Assembly: GCA_903884345.1 (NCBI GenBank) | Contig: CAISEE010000046.1 | Span: 3,830-67,829, forward strand | DNA length: 64,000 nt | Reading direction: 5' to 3' | Source: Candidatus Adlerbacteria bacterium | GTDB taxonomy: Bacteria > Patescibacteriota > Minisyncoccia > Phycocordibacterales > SBAW01 | Shown here: in pieces, positions 1 to 9,874 of the stretch | Layout: each line of letters opens with the position of its first letter | Numbering within the stretch: position 1 is the stretch's first letter | Program-made: the position numbers and the translations under genes | The notes under the pieces: generated by a model | What the model saw: only the letters and a program-made list of their open reading frames with translations | Databases searched by the model: none | What the model was told of the DNA's origin: nothing

Positions 1-897
1 CTCTTGCAATGCGCGCTCGTTGACTTTGATGACCACACCATCGACCCAGTAGCCTTGTGTTTTGCTCTTGTGCTGCCACTCCTTCCAGTACGAAATAATC
101 TCGTCGATTGAGGTTACGACTCGGTAGCCGGGATTCACTTTGAAGCCAAGTTCCTGCAAATAGCCCAACTCGTCGGCCTGCGTGTGCGGCAATGTTTCCT
201 CGGTCTCGGCCACGTCATATATAAAGGTATCGAGCCCGCGTGCGGCGGCCACCTTGGGGTCAAGTTGGCGGATCGAACCGGCTGCGGCGTTTCGCGGGTT
301 TGCAAAGAGTGGTTCGCCCTCTGCCTGCCTCTCTGCATTCACCTTGCGCAAGGCATGCTCGCTCATCCACACCTCGCCTTCGACGACGATGTCGATGGGG
401 CGCTCCAAGAGGAGCGGCACCGATTGAATCGTGCGTACGTTGTGCGTCACATCCTCGCCGATGGTGCCGTCGCCGCGCGTGGCCGCCACGTCGAGCTTCC
501 CATGTTTGTACGTGAGCACGACTTTGAGCCCGTCGATTTTGAGTTCACAGACATATGAAAGCGGCGCTTCAGCAGCAATTCCAAGTTGCTTTTTTACGCG
601 CATATCAAAATCGATTATGTCATTCTCATCGAACGCATCGTTAAACGACCACTGTGGCGTCGTGTGACGGACCTTCGAAAATTGCGTGCGCGCCTCCCCT
701 GCCACGCGCTGCGTCGGCGAGTCGGGCGTCACGAGTACGGGGTACTGGCGCTCGAGCTCGGCCAACTCGTGCATAAGCGAGTCGCGCGCGGCCTCGGGGA
801 TCTCTTCGCGGTCGAAGACATGAAACTGCCGCCGATAGTGATTGATCGACGCCTTCAACTTTTCGTAGCGCAGGCGCAACTCGGGAGGGACGCTCAT
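1..897 (-). CDS. ligA: NAD-dependent DNA ligase, 5' part (runs off the window)
   Basis: Not in the ORF track. Manual translation from ATG at 897 gives MSVPPELRLRYEKLK...TPDSPTQRV...CELKIDG (KxDG adenylation motif)...TRGDGTIGEDVT...FANPRNAAAGSIRQLD. Confidence 0.97.
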   Translation of the reverse strand, partial: MSVPPELRLRYEKLKASINHYRRQFHVFDREEIPEAARDSLMHELAELERQYPVLVTPDSPTQRVAGEARTQFSKVRHTTPQWSFNDAFDENDIIDFDMRVKKQLGIAAEAPLSYVCELKIDGLKVVLTYKHGKLDVAATRGDGTIGEDVTHNVRTIQSVPLLLERPIDIVVEGEVWMSEHALRKVNAERQAEGEPLFANPRNAAAGSIRQLDPKVAAARGLDTFIYDVAETEETLPHTQADELGYLQELGFKVNPGYRVVTSIDEIISYWKEWQHKSKTQGYWVDGVVIKVNERALQE

Positions 898-903
898 ACC
901 CTA

Positions 904-1443
904 TTAATACGACACTTGGAGCTCGCGTTCAAGCTGCGGCGCACCACCCGCGGCACCCGCGCAGTTGATGAATCCGTGCGAGTAGACGATTGTGGTGAGC
1001 GGGACTGCCGTCTTGGCGATTTGAACCTCGACGCAGCGATCGTTTTCAGGAAACGAAATGTAAAAGGTCGTCGTCGCCGCATTCGCGTTTGCCGTCACAA
1101 TCCATGACGTCCAGGTAGAACTGGTAGGTGGCAGATAGACTGCGGGCGGCGTCCCGTTCGCATAGACATTGTAGCCGTTGCACACGACGCTGCCGACGGT
1201 CGGATTACCTGATGCGCTCGAGGTCGCAAACGCACTCCCCGTCCCGTTGTAGTGAAAGTCCCAGTAGAGCGCGCACTCGGCGCCGGTGTCGGCGGCAAAC
1301 ACCGCGTACTGCGACTGCGCCGTCATCGAAGTGACCTGCAACTCGCGCACCGTAAGATCGTAAATCGCCATGCCGATGGCCAGCGCCAAGCTCGACACCA
1401 GTGCCGCGAAGAACATCGTAAATCCTCGTGGGTTCGTTTTCAT
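904..1443 (-). CDS. PilX-like minor pilin
   Basis: RGF-type leader followed by a hydrophobic helix lacking Glu5; AVFAADTGAECALYWD segment; last gene of the minor-pilin run. Confidence 0.75.
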   Translation of the reverse strand: MKTNPRGFTMFFAALVSSLALAIGMAIYDLTVRELQVTSMTAQSQYAVFAADTGAECALYWDFHYNGTGSAFATSSASGNPTVGSVVCNGYNVYANGTPPAVYLPPTSSTWTSWIVTANANAATTTFYISFPENDRCVEVQIAKTAVPLTTIVYSHGFINCAGAAGGAPQLERELQVSY

Positions 1444-1985
1444 TGCCAGTGGAATATATTCTCTCGCACGATAATAGAGTGTGTCACCCCGCCCATGTCC
1501 GACCAGCTGACCGTCACAATGACCTGCGCTTCGGTCGTCGAGGACCCCGGCGTCACCACCTGTACCTCGCGCCGAAAGAACGACGGCGTGCCGTTGGTGT
1601 ATTGAAAGGTGCCGCTAGTCTGATCGTAGTTCATCACAGGACACGTGCTTGGCGACGCACAGGCGGTCGGGACCGTCGGGTGTTGCTCGAGCGAATCGAG
1701 GTAGCAGGCCACCGACCCGTCCGTACTCACACACGCATCAAGTCCCGTAAGCCACGGCGACACGCCGGCCAGCGCATTGGAGTCGCGCTTAAACCGCACG
1801 TACTCGAGCGCGTCTTGCGCCAAAAAGAGCGCGATCGTCTGATCCTTGGCGATGAGTGCGCTATGCAAACCTTTGGAGGCGATGGTGAGCGGCCCGGCGA
1901 CCGCGGTCGCCAAAATGAGCACCGCGACCAACGTCTCGATGAGCGTGAACCCGGCGGTGGCTGTGCGTCGCAAACTATTGGTCAT
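1440..1985 (-). CDS. Prepilin-type N-methylation domain protein (PilV-like minor pilin)
   Basis: AGFTLIETLVAVLIL class III signal. Confidence 0.85.
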   Translation of the reverse strand: MTNSLRRTATAGFTLIETLVAVLILATAVAGPLTIASKGLHSALIAKDQTIALFLAQDALEYVRFKRDSNALAGVSPWLTGLDACVSTDGSVACYLDSLEQHPTVPTACASPSTCPVMNYDQTSGTFQYTNGTPSFFRREVQVVTPGSSTTEAQVIVTVSWSDMGGVTHSIIVRENIFHWQ

Positions 1986-2559
1986 AGAGGCGTTGTGTTA
2001 CCGAGGTCTCGAGGTTGAAGGTAGTCGATGCGGTACCGCTTGAGGACACGACCCCCGACGCGAGGATGGTCACTTTGGGTTGTACCGAGTTGCCCGTAAT
2101 CGGCGACCCGATCAGGTAGAAGCTCAGCTGCGTGATGGCGATCTCGGGCGAGGTCATTGGGAGGTAGTTCCCGGAGTTAATCTGGCGCAAGATCGAGCAT
2201 CGGCTGCCGACCGCACACGTGGTGGCACTCCCGCAGGAGGCTGCGGCGCCGTTGCTCAGGCAGTACGTCACAGTGTCTCCCCCGAAGGCAGTGAAGGTAA
2301 ATCCGTATCCCGGTGTGGCGGTGCAGTCCGGCGAGGTGCCGCCCGAGCCCCCGACACACGCATACGTCTGACCGGTGCGAATCGTGCGAGACATACTATC
2401 GAACGCGGCGCTGAGGTTGTTGACCGCCGAATTGATCGCCTGCGCGCGACGGTTTGCCTCAGAAAGTGCGAGGAGCGCGCCAAGCGCAATCACCATGACC
2501 GTCGCAAAGATGGCGACCGAGACCAATATTTCGATGAGGGTAAATCCGCGATTTTTCAT
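1975..2559 (-). CDS. Prepilin-type minor pilin (PilW-like)
   Basis: MKNRGFTLIEILVSVAIF; start moved to ATG at 2559. Confidence 0.85.
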   Translation of the reverse strand: MKNRGFTLIEILVSVAIFATVMVIALGALLALSEANRRAQAINSAVNNLSAAFDSMSRTIRTGQTYACVGGSGGTSPDCTATPGYGFTFTAFGGDTVTYCLSNGAAASCGSATTCAVGSRCSILRQINSGNYLPMTSPEIAITQLSFYLIGSPITGNSVQPKVTILASGVVSSSGTASTTFNLETSVTQRLYDQ

Positions 2560-2560
2560 A

Positions 2561-3235
2561 TCAACAATTCGTGTAGGCCGCACTGACGGTATCGTTGAGC
2601 GGACACACGTTAATCTCGCCGGTGGTGGTGATTTTGACGAGGCGACTCGAGCTACCGGCGCTGATGCGCACGTAGGCACTGTCGTACGTCTCGGCCAGCT
2701 TCACACCACTCGAGTAGAACGAGGCATACTTGGCGTCCGGGTTGGGACGCTGAAAGATGATCGACGCGTACGTAATGGTCGCAGACCCGGTCGTATCATC
2801 GGCACCGTTACAGCGAAACGTCGACGGTGGCAGGTGCATACACACCTCGCTGACTGAGTAGCCGTTACTGAGGTTAAAGACCTTCACAACCTCGTTCACA
2901 TCCAGGGCGCTGTTGCCGTTGATATCGGCAAAGAGCGTGTAGTTCTGCGTACTGTTCCCAAAATAAAGGCCGTAGGCAGGCACCGCATTTGGCGAGGCGG
3001 CAGAGCGAAGCACGCTGATGCCGTACACCTGCGTCTGGCGCACCGACAGCGAGACCCCGTAGGCAAGGCTGCGCAATACGGTCGAACTATCAAAACTCGA
3101 CTGCCGAAACACGACGAACGCGGTGATGACGGTGATGATTGCCGCGACCGCCAAAAGTTCGATCAGCGTAAACCCCGCCGTAGCCGAGGTCACGCGCCGG
3201 TTAGAAAAGTGAGAGTGATGAGAAAAAATTGACAT
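2561..3235 (-). CDS. Prepilin-type minor pilin (FimT/GspH-like)
   Basis: AGFTLIELLAVAAII; start uncertain. Confidence 0.8.
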   Translation of the reverse strand: MSIFSHHSHFSNRRVTSATAGFTLIELLAVAAIITVITAFVVFRQSSFDSSTVLRSLAYGVSLSVRQTQVYGISVLRSAASPNAVPAYGLYFGNSTQNYTLFADINGNSALDVNEVVKVFNLSNGYSVSEVCMHLPPSTFRCNGADDTTGSATITYASIIFQRPNPDAKYASFYSSGVKLAETYDSAYVRISAGSSSRLVKITTTGEINVCPLNDTVSAAYTNC

Positions 3236-3977
3236 GGAAGAAGTAGACGAGAAACGCACCGAACGCGAGAAACGGCGCGAATGGAATCTCGTTCTTCATT
3301 GTAAACCGCTTCCCTCCCGATTTCCACGGTATCGACGAGAACAACATGAGCAAGATGCCGACCAGAGCGCCACTCCACACGGCAACAAGGAGCGCGGTGA
3401 ATCCTGCGCTGAGCCCCAGGAGCCAGCCCAACGAAATCTCAAATGCGCTATCGCCCCACCCCATCCAGCGACCCATCGAGACGAGCGAAAGGAGGAACAG
3501 TGGCAGTGCCAACAGCGGCCCCGCGTAGAGTGCCGCAAACGACGGCGGCCACGCGAGAGCAATTGTCGCAAGACTAAGTAGCACCAACGTGCCCGAACAC
3601 GACCACGGGATGACGGTGTGGCGCATGTCGTAGACCACGATGAAAAGGATCGTCAGCCACACCAAGAGCGACACGGCATAGGCGAGCGGCGTCGGGTGCA
3701 GCACATAGACCCCTACCGAGAGGCCCGCAGCCAACACCTCGACCAAGGGGTACTGCGCCGAGATGCGGGTCTTGCAGTACCTACAGCGACCAAAAAGAAA
3801 GAGCCACGAAAAAATCGGCACGAGGTCGATTGCCGCGAGGGTGTGACCGCAGCGCATGCAGTGCGAGCGCCCACCCATCCCCTGCCCTGTATTGAATCGA
3901 AATGACAGCGCGTTAAGAAAGCTGCCCAATATGGCACCCAGGCCCGCGGCGCAAATTGCCAAGAAGGGGTCGTACAT
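3201..3977 (-). CDS. pilD: Prepilin peptidase / N-methyltransferase
   Basis: GSFLNA, RSHCMRC...GRCRYC zinc motifs, MGWGD catalytic Asp, IPFAPFL. Confidence 0.95.
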   Translation of the reverse strand: MYDPFLAICAAGLGAILGSFLNALSFRFNTGQGMGGRSHCMRCGHTLAAIDLVPIFSWLFLFGRCRYCKTRISAQYPLVEVLAAGLSVGVYVLHPTPLAYAVSLLVWLTILFIVVYDMRHTVIPWSCSGTLVLLSLATIALAWPPSFAALYAGPLLALPLFLLSLVSMGRWMGWGDSAFEISLGWLLGLSAGFTALLVAVWSGALVGILLMLFSSIPWKSGGKRFTMKNEIPFAPFLAFGAFLVYFFHVNFFSSLSLF

Positions 3978-4495
3978 TAGTTGGTCATGTCGTCGCAGTT
4001 GTCGCCGCTTGAAGCGGGAGTCGTACCGACGCACAAGGGCGCGTTACCATCGAAGGCTGTCGATCCGCTGCAGGCGTAAAACCCGCTGAAGACGCCGGAG
4101 CCGCCCGCGGCAGGCGCATCGACATCGTCGAGCACGTTGGTGTTAGCCTCCATCGCGGCACCGATGTGGTATTTGACCGGCTTGACGCTCGCGCAGGCGC
4201 CGCCGCTGTCGGTTGTGAGCGCATAGTAGTAGTAGTTGGCGTGCGTCAGCGGATCGGTCGGCAAGGTTGCGATGTAGGTCGGCGAGAGCGTCGTCAGTGC
4301 CGTCGGATAGTAGTAGTAGTCGTTGTAAAATTCCTCGAGCGAGAGTTGGATGGTCTTGAGATCGGCCGTGCGGCGCGCATCGCGACCCTTTTGCTTGGAG
4401 ACCGACACCGACACCATCACGATGGTCGAGAGGATGCCGATGATGGCGATGACTACCAAGAGTTCAATGAGCGTAAATCCTTTTTTGGCATTCAT
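3977..4495 (-). CDS. Type IV pilin (GspG-like C-terminal region)
   Basis: KKGFTLIELLVVIAIIGILS...RDARRTADLKTIQLSLEEFY...LPTDP. Confidence 0.9.
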   Translation of the reverse strand: MNAKKGFTLIELLVVIAIIGILSTIVMVSVSVSKQKGRDARRTADLKTIQLSLEEFYNDYYYYPTALTTLSPTYIATLPTDPLTHANYYYYALTTDSGGACASVKPVKYHIGAAMEANTNVLDDVDAPAAGGSGVFSGFYACSGSTAFDGNAPLCVGTTPASSGDNCDDMTN

Positions 4496-4518
4496 GTAGA
4501 TGTTTTATGCGAAACTAA

Positions 4519-5022
4519 CTAAAAGCATGCAGCACCAGTGACAGCCGAAGAGGTCGCATCACTGACACACACATCCCCTGAACCATATGACCCCGAACCA
4601 GTTTCGAGCACAATTTTAAATTGCCACGTGTTGAAATACGGCGCAGCGCTGAAGCTCGTCCGAGAGGTGACAGTATAGTTGCACAAACCGGTAGTACTCC
4701 CTGCGCCGCAGGTAGTCGCCGCGACTGCCGTGACTGGATCGCTAAACATCCCCGAGGCTGGATCGGTACAGGAAGAGGCCAGATTAGCACCAGCGTTCGT
4801 GCATCCTACGAACTGGTTGTTTGAGCCGTCCTTAGGATCAAGCGAAATCAATCGCTGCCATTGACGAAGGTCGGAGATACGTTTGGCGTCGCGACTTTTC
4901 ACACGGGAACTATTGAGTGCCGTAATAACAATCGAAGCCAAGATGCCGATGATAGCGATCACGACCAGGAGTTCGATAAGAGTAAAGCCGCGCTGTATAA
5001 AAAGAGGTCTCTTCGAGTTCAT
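4519..5022 (-). CDS. Type IV pilin, paralog of 5098-5592
   Basis: RGFTLIELLVVIAIIGILASIV; Cys pattern shared with the neighbour. Confidence 0.9.
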   Translation of the reverse strand: MNSKRPLFIQRGFTLIELLVVIAIIGILASIVITALNSSRVKSRDAKRISDLRQWQRLISLDPKDGSNNQFVGCTNAGANLASSCTDPASGMFSDPVTAVAATTCGAGSTTGLCNYTVTSRTSFSAAPYFNTWQFKIVLETGSGSYGSGDVCVSDATSSAVTGAACF

Positions 5023-5045
5023 GCGATAATCATCCCACAGAAACG

Positions 5046-5076
5046 AGAAATCCCCAACCTTCGGTTGGGGATTTCT
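5046..5076 (-). terminator. Hairpin/terminator after the probable major pilin
   Basis: Perfect 14-bp stem AGAAATCCCCAACC-ttc-GGTTGGGGATTTCT. Confidence 0.8.
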
Positions 5077-5097
5077 GCTTTTGTGAAGCGAGAGGGA

Positions 5098-5592
5098 TTA
5101 CTTGCAGTTTGCGCCCGAGGCAATCGACGAAGTCGCGTCGCCGAGACAGATAACTCCCGTACCCAACGAACCGGAACCGGTCTCGAGCCAATCACGAACT
5201 GTATAGCCCAAATAGGTGCCGCTGTTTGAGAACGCTGGCGCACCACCGCCTGCGGCGCTGGCGACCGAGTAGTTACATTGCGAGGTCGGTCCGGCGGAGC
5301 AAGCAGTTGGAGACGTACCCGGATCAGCGAAGCCCGTGCCATTCGGGTCCGTACATGCTGAGACGAGTGCATTGGCGGTCGTACAACCGCTGAAGTTCGC
5401 CAACCCGTTCGCGTTGGTGCTCATCGCAACCGCGCGCTGGAACTGCTGGAGGTCGGCGACGCGCTTTGCATCGCGGCCTTTGGCGCGTGCGCTGTTAAGG
5501 GAGACGAGCACGATCGAGGCCAAAATGCCGATGATAGCGATCACGACCAGGAGTTCGATAAGGGTGAAACCGCGTGTAAACGTTTTGCGCAT
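5098..5592 (-). CDS. pilA: Probable major type IV pilin
   Basis: RGFTLIELLVVIAIIGILASIVLVSLNSARAKGRDAKR; has its own -10 (TATACT, 5652-5657) and a downstream hairpin. Confidence 0.85.
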   Translation of the reverse strand: MRKTFTRGFTLIELLVVIAIIGILASIVLVSLNSARAKGRDAKRVADLQQFQRAVAMSTNANGLANFSGCTTANALVSACTDPNGTGFADPGTSPTACSAGPTSQCNYSVASAAGGGAPAFSNSGTYLGYTVRDWLETGSGSLGTGVICLGDATSSIASGANCK

Positions 5593-5651
5593 AAAATGAC
5601 GTTTAGATTAATTATCTGCCATTGATTAATAATTTGTTGCAGACTAGCCCT

Positions 5652-5696
5652 AGTATACCCTGGTACCTCCTTCCCCATTCCTTCATATGTGGATAA
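5652..5696 (-). promoter_or_regulatory. Pilin promoter: -10 TATACT plus an upstream TTATCCACA box
   Basis: Minus strand TTATCCACA (5696-5688) then TATACT (5657-5652). Confidence 0.55.
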
Positions 5697-5710
5697 CCAC
5701 ATTGCCGCAG

Positions 5711-6931
5711 CTACATGCTGGCGGTGCTGTTGTAGATCGGGAGGAGGACCGAGGCCAAAAGAAAGCCCACGCCGAGCGCCAAGGCGACGATGAGCGCCGG
5801 CTCGATGAGTGAGACGAGGGTGTCGACCGCGGCATTGACTTCGCGGTTGTAGAACTTGGCCAGACGCTCGAGGATGCCGCCCATTTCGCCCGTCTCCTCG
5901 CCGATTTGTATCATTTGCACCACGATCGGCGGCATTTCGTTGGGATAGTGCGCGAGCATCGCCGACATCGGGGTGCCGGCTTTGACGCCCTCGAGCGCCT
6001 CGAGGAGGATTCGCTCGTAGATCTTGTTCTCGATGACCGAGGAGGTGATTTCAAGCGAACGCACCGCGGTGATGCCCGAGGTCAACATCACGTGCATGTT
6101 GTCGGCAAAGCGCGAGAGGTAGAGCTTTTTGTAGAGGTCGCCCACGTACGGCAGCGATATTTTGATGCGACTCATGGCGATCGCTCCCACCGGCGTCTGC
6201 GCGTAGCGCACGAGGAAGAACCCGCCGACGATGAGCGCGATGAGAACGAACACGCCGTAGTCGACGAGGAAATGGCTCATGTCGAGGATGATCTGGGTGT
6301 AGACCGGCAAGGTCTGCCCGTCGCTTGAAAGGATGTCACCGATCTTGGGGATCACGACCGTGAGCATGAGCGTCATCACGGTGACGAAGGTCGCCATAAT
6401 GAATCCCGGGTACACGAGCGCGTTGCGCGCTTTGGACGAAAGCTCGTAGGAACGGTCGATGTAGTCGGCCAAGAAGAGGAAGGTCTGATCGAGCTTGCCC
6501 GACTCCTCACCCGAGCGAACCATGTTGATGTAGAAGGGCGAAAAGGCGCTCGGGTGTTTGGCGAGAGCCTTGGAGATGCTGCTGCCGCCCTGAAGGTCGT
6601 CAGAGACCTCGGTCAAAATGGCGCGCAGGGCCGGCTTCTCGGCTTGGCTCGACAGCAGGCGAAAGACGCGCAGCGCCGACACCTGCGCCTCAAAGAGGGT
6701 CGAAATCTGGCGCGAGAGCACCACGATGTCGCGGCTCGAGACCCCGCCGAAGAAGGACATTTTGCCCTGAAGCACCGCTTGCACGCCGCCCGGATTTTGC
6801 GTGTTAGTGATCGAGGTGATGGTGAGACCCTTCTTTTGCAGCAGGTCGACGGCGCCGCCTTCGGATGCGGAGGAGATGGTGCCGCTCTGCGGCTTGCCTG
6901 CTTGATCAACTGCGTTGTATTTGAATTCCAT
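5711..6931 (-). CDS. pilC: Type IV pilus platform protein (T2SS F family)
   Basis: RQISTLFEAQV, GEESGKLD, ALVYP, GEETGEM repeats. Confidence 0.96.
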   Translation of the reverse strand: MEFKYNAVDQAGKPQSGTISSASEGGAVDLLQKKGLTITSITNTQNPGGVQAVLQGKMSFFGGVSSRDIVVLSRQISTLFEAQVSALRVFRLLSSQAEKPALRAILTEVSDDLQGGSSISKALAKHPSAFSPFYINMVRSGEESGKLDQTFLFLADYIDRSYELSSKARNALVYPGFIMATFVTVMTLMLTVVIPKIGDILSSDGQTLPVYTQIILDMSHFLVDYGVFVLIALIVGGFFLVRYAQTPVGAIAMSRIKISLPYVGDLYKKLYLSRFADNMHVMLTSGITAVRSLEITSSVIENKIYERILLEALEGVKAGTPMSAMLAHYPNEMPPIVVQMIQIGEETGEMGGILERLAKFYNREVNAAVDTLVSLIEPALIVALALGVGFLLASVLLPIYNSTASM

Positions 6932-6934
6932 ATG

Positions 6935-7999
6935 TTAGAGGAGGCGTTCGAGGGTCTTGGGGCTCCACGAGCGCGAGTAGGCACTCTCGATTGAAATCTC
7001 GCCGGCACGCACCAACTCCGAGAGCGAGCGGTTCATGTCAATCATTCCATCCTCAAGCCCGGTCTCGATCACGGTCTGAATCTCGTGCGTGCGCTTCTCG
7101 CGGATGAGGTTCGAAACCGCACTGTTGTTAATGAGGAGCTCGCAGGCCGGGATGAGACCGCCCGAGATGCGTGGTACCAGGCGCTGCGAGAATATGCCGA
7201 TGAGCGAGCCTGCCAGCTGCATGCGGATTTGGTCTTGCTGAGCGCCCGGGAAGGAGTCGATGATGCGGTCGACGGTTTGGACGGCGTTGTTGGTATGAAG
7301 CGTCGAGAACACGAGGTGCCCGGTCTCGGCGGCGGTCACCGCGGTGGCGATGGTATCGGGACTGCGCATCTCACCCACCATGAGCACGTTGGCGTCTTGG
7401 CGAAAGACCGAGCGAAGCGCCACCTCAAACGAACTGGAGTCGATGCCGATCTCGCGCTGGTCGATGATGGAGCGTTTGTTCTCGAAGAGATACTCGATCG
7501 GGTCCTCGATCGTGACGATGTGTTCGGTGCGCTCGACGTTGATCTTCTCGATGAGCGACGCCAGGGTCGTCGTCTTCCCCTGCCCCACCGGGCCCACCAC
7601 CAGGAAGAAGCCCTGCTTTTTGGATGCGAACGTTTCGACGACCGGCGGCAGATTCAGTTGCGAGACCGTCTGGATGATTTTGGGAATGAGACGAAGCGCG
7701 ATGCCGGGGCGGCCACGCTCGACGAAGGCGTTGCCGCGAAAGCGCACTTTGTCTTGGTGCGAGTATGAAAAGTCGACCTCCTGGGTCTCGGTGAACTTCT
7801 TTTTGTTTGCGGGCGAAACCATCTCGAAGAGGACACCTAAGACGTCGTCGGCGCTCATGACCGGCTCGGTCAACACCGGCGTCATGACGCTCGAGACGCG
7901 CACCGTCGGCTGGTACCCCACGCCCAAGTGCAGGTCGCTGGCGCCCTCGGCGATGACGATATCAATCAGCGTGTTGAGTTTTTGTTTGTAGTCAGGCAT
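6935..7999 (-). CDS. pilT: Pilus retraction ATPase
   Basis: ASDLHL, GPVGQGKTTT, TIEDPIEY, AETGHLVFSTLH. Confidence 0.96.
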   Translation of the reverse strand: MPDYKQKLNTLIDIVIAEGASDLHLGVGYQPTVRVSSVMTPVLTEPVMSADDVLGVLFEMVSPANKKKFTETQEVDFSYSHQDKVRFRGNAFVERGRPGIALRLIPKIIQTVSQLNLPPVVETFASKKQGFFLVVGPVGQGKTTTLASLIEKINVERTEHIVTIEDPIEYLFENKRSIIDQREIGIDSSSFEVALRSVFRQDANVLMVGEMRSPDTIATAVTAAETGHLVFSTLHTNNAVQTVDRIIDSFPGAQQDQIRMQLAGSLIGIFSQRLVPRISGGLIPACELLINNSAVSNLIREKRTHEIQTVIETGLEDGMIDMNRSLSELVRAGEISIESAYSRSWSPKTLERLL

Positions 8000-8014
8000 G
8001 CGTTGGTTGTGTCG

Positions 8015-9871
8015 TTAGATTTGCACTTCTTTGTCGTCGGCGCTGGCCGATGCACCCTCATCGAGCGTAATGACCTTGGGCTCGGCGACCGCAGCATCCT
8101 CGTCTTTGGGAATCTCAAACTCGCCACCCAGGGCGTTGACCTCCTCAAACGGGATGACACCGTTGGCTGATTTTATGATAGCATCTTCCTTCATCGTGAG
8201 CATACCTTGCTTGCGCACAACTGCGGTCATGTCCTCTTCGGATCCGTGACTGAGGATGAGTTTTTCGAGCTCGGGCGACATGTTAAACATCTCGACGACC
8301 GCGACGCGGCCTTTGGTGCCGGTCGGACACTCGGGCGTGGGAGCGAGCCGCGTCACTTCAGTAAGCGACGGGACGCGGGAGCGAAACTCCGCGGGCAGCG
8401 TCTTGAAGCTATCCTCAAACATCGCCTGCATGGTGGCATCAACCGGCATGCGCTTGCCCGAACCCGGGCAGAGCGTGCGGACGAGGCGCTGCGCCATACC
8501 CAAAATCAAGACCGGCGGGATGAGGTACGGTTCAACACCCATGTCGAGGAGACGCGGCACGATGCCCACGGCGTTGTTGGTGTGGATGGTCGAGAGCACC
8601 AAGTGACCGGTGAGTGCCGCTTGGACGGCCAAGTTTGCCGTCTCGGCGTCGCGGATCTCGCCCACCATGATGATGTTTGGGTCCTGACGCAGTGTGGTGC
8701 GCAACCCCGAGGCGAAGGTGTAGCCGATCTCGGGGCGCATCTGCGACTGGGAGACGCCGGGGATGATGTACTCGACCGGGTCTTCGAGCGAGAGCACGTT
8801 CTGGCGCTCGCGGTCGACCTCGTTGAGGATGGCGTAGAGCGATGTCGATTTACCCGAGCCGGTCGGCCCCGAGACCAAAATCATGCCGAAGGATTTCTTA
8901 ATCGCGGTGCGAATCATCTCAAGGTCGTAGGCCGAAAAGCCCAAGGAGTCGAGCTCGACCGCGCGCGAGGAGGATCCCAAGATACGCATCACCACCTTCT
9001 CGCCGTAGTACGTCGGGAAGGTCGAGACACGAAAGTCGACCTTGTTGCCTTTGATGCGCGCCGAGAAGCGGCCGTCTTGCGGTTTGCGCTTTTCGTCCAG
9101 GCGCATGTTCGAGAGCACCTTGATGCGCGCCACGACCGACTGGTGCACCTGAGTCGGCAGCGTGATGTTGGTCGTGAGGACGCCGTCGATGCGGAAGCGT
9201 ACGCGACTCTTGTCGACCAGGGCCTCGATGTGGATGTCGGAGGCGCGCTGCTCGAAGGCGTGGCGCAGGACGGTCGCCACGATTTTGGTGACCGGCGCGT
9301 CGGTCGTGATGGCCGCCGACTCGGTTTCGGTAATTTGATCTTCGGTAAGCAGGCTCTCTTGGTCGGCCGTCTCTTTGTTTGTCTTGCTTTGGGTTTTGAC
9401 CGCCGACTCGGTCTGAAGCTCCGTGAGTGCACTCCCCACCTCGCCCGAGAAGCCCCGGTAGGCATTGAGCATCTTGTCGAAGTCGGTTTGCGAGATGAGA
9501 AAGAGCTTGTACGGCATCCCGATTTTTGCCGAGGTAAACGTCAGCGCGTCGCGCGCCTCAAGGTTGTCGGGGTCGGTGATGCCAATCTCGAGCACGTTGT
9601 CGACGACGCCGATCGGCACGAAGTGGTAGTAGCGCGCCGACTCCTCGGGGATGTAGTGCAACACCTCAAAGGGCACCGTCGCATCCCCCAGTTCGCGCGG
9701 TGGGACGCCATAGTAGGTACCTTTGACGCGCAGAATCTCCGAGAGCGGCACGCCGTTTTTGACGAAGACAGCCTCGGGATTAACCCCGGGCTTGGTGAGT
9801 TCGGCGCGCAGGAGTTGTGCCTTCGCGGCGTCTATGACATTGGCTTCTTCCAGGAGGGCGAGAAGATCCAT
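8015..9871 (-). CDS. pilB: Pilus assembly ATPase (GspE/PulE family)
   Basis: ASDIHIE, GPTGSGKS, LRQDPNIIMVGEIRD, N-terminal MshEN/GspE-like region. Confidence 0.96.
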   Translation of the reverse strand: MDLLALLEEANVIDAAKAQLLRAELTKPGVNPEAVFVKNGVPLSEILRVKGTYYGVPPRELGDATVPFEVLHYIPEESARYYHFVPIGVVDNVLEIGITDPDNLEARDALTFTSAKIGMPYKLFLISQTDFDKMLNAYRGFSGEVGSALTELQTESAVKTQSKTNKETADQESLLTEDQITETESAAITTDAPVTKIVATVLRHAFEQRASDIHIEALVDKSRVRFRIDGVLTTNITLPTQVHQSVVARIKVLSNMRLDEKRKPQDGRFSARIKGNKVDFRVSTFPTYYGEKVVMRILGSSSRAVELDSLGFSAYDLEMIRTAIKKSFGMILVSGPTGSGKSTSLYAILNEVDRERQNVLSLEDPVEYIIPGVSQSQMRPEIGYTFASGLRTTLRQDPNIIMVGEIRDAETANLAVQAALTGHLVLSTIHTNNAVGIVPRLLDMGVEPYLIPPVLILGMAQRLVRTLCPGSGKRMPVDATMQAMFEDSFKTLPAEFRSRVPSLTEVTRLAPTPECPTGTKGRVAVVEMFNMSPELEKLILSHGSEEDMTAVVRKQGMLTMKEDAIIKSANGVIPFEEVNALGGEFEIPKDEDAAVAEPKVITLDEGASASADDKEVQI

Positions 9872-9874
9872 AAG

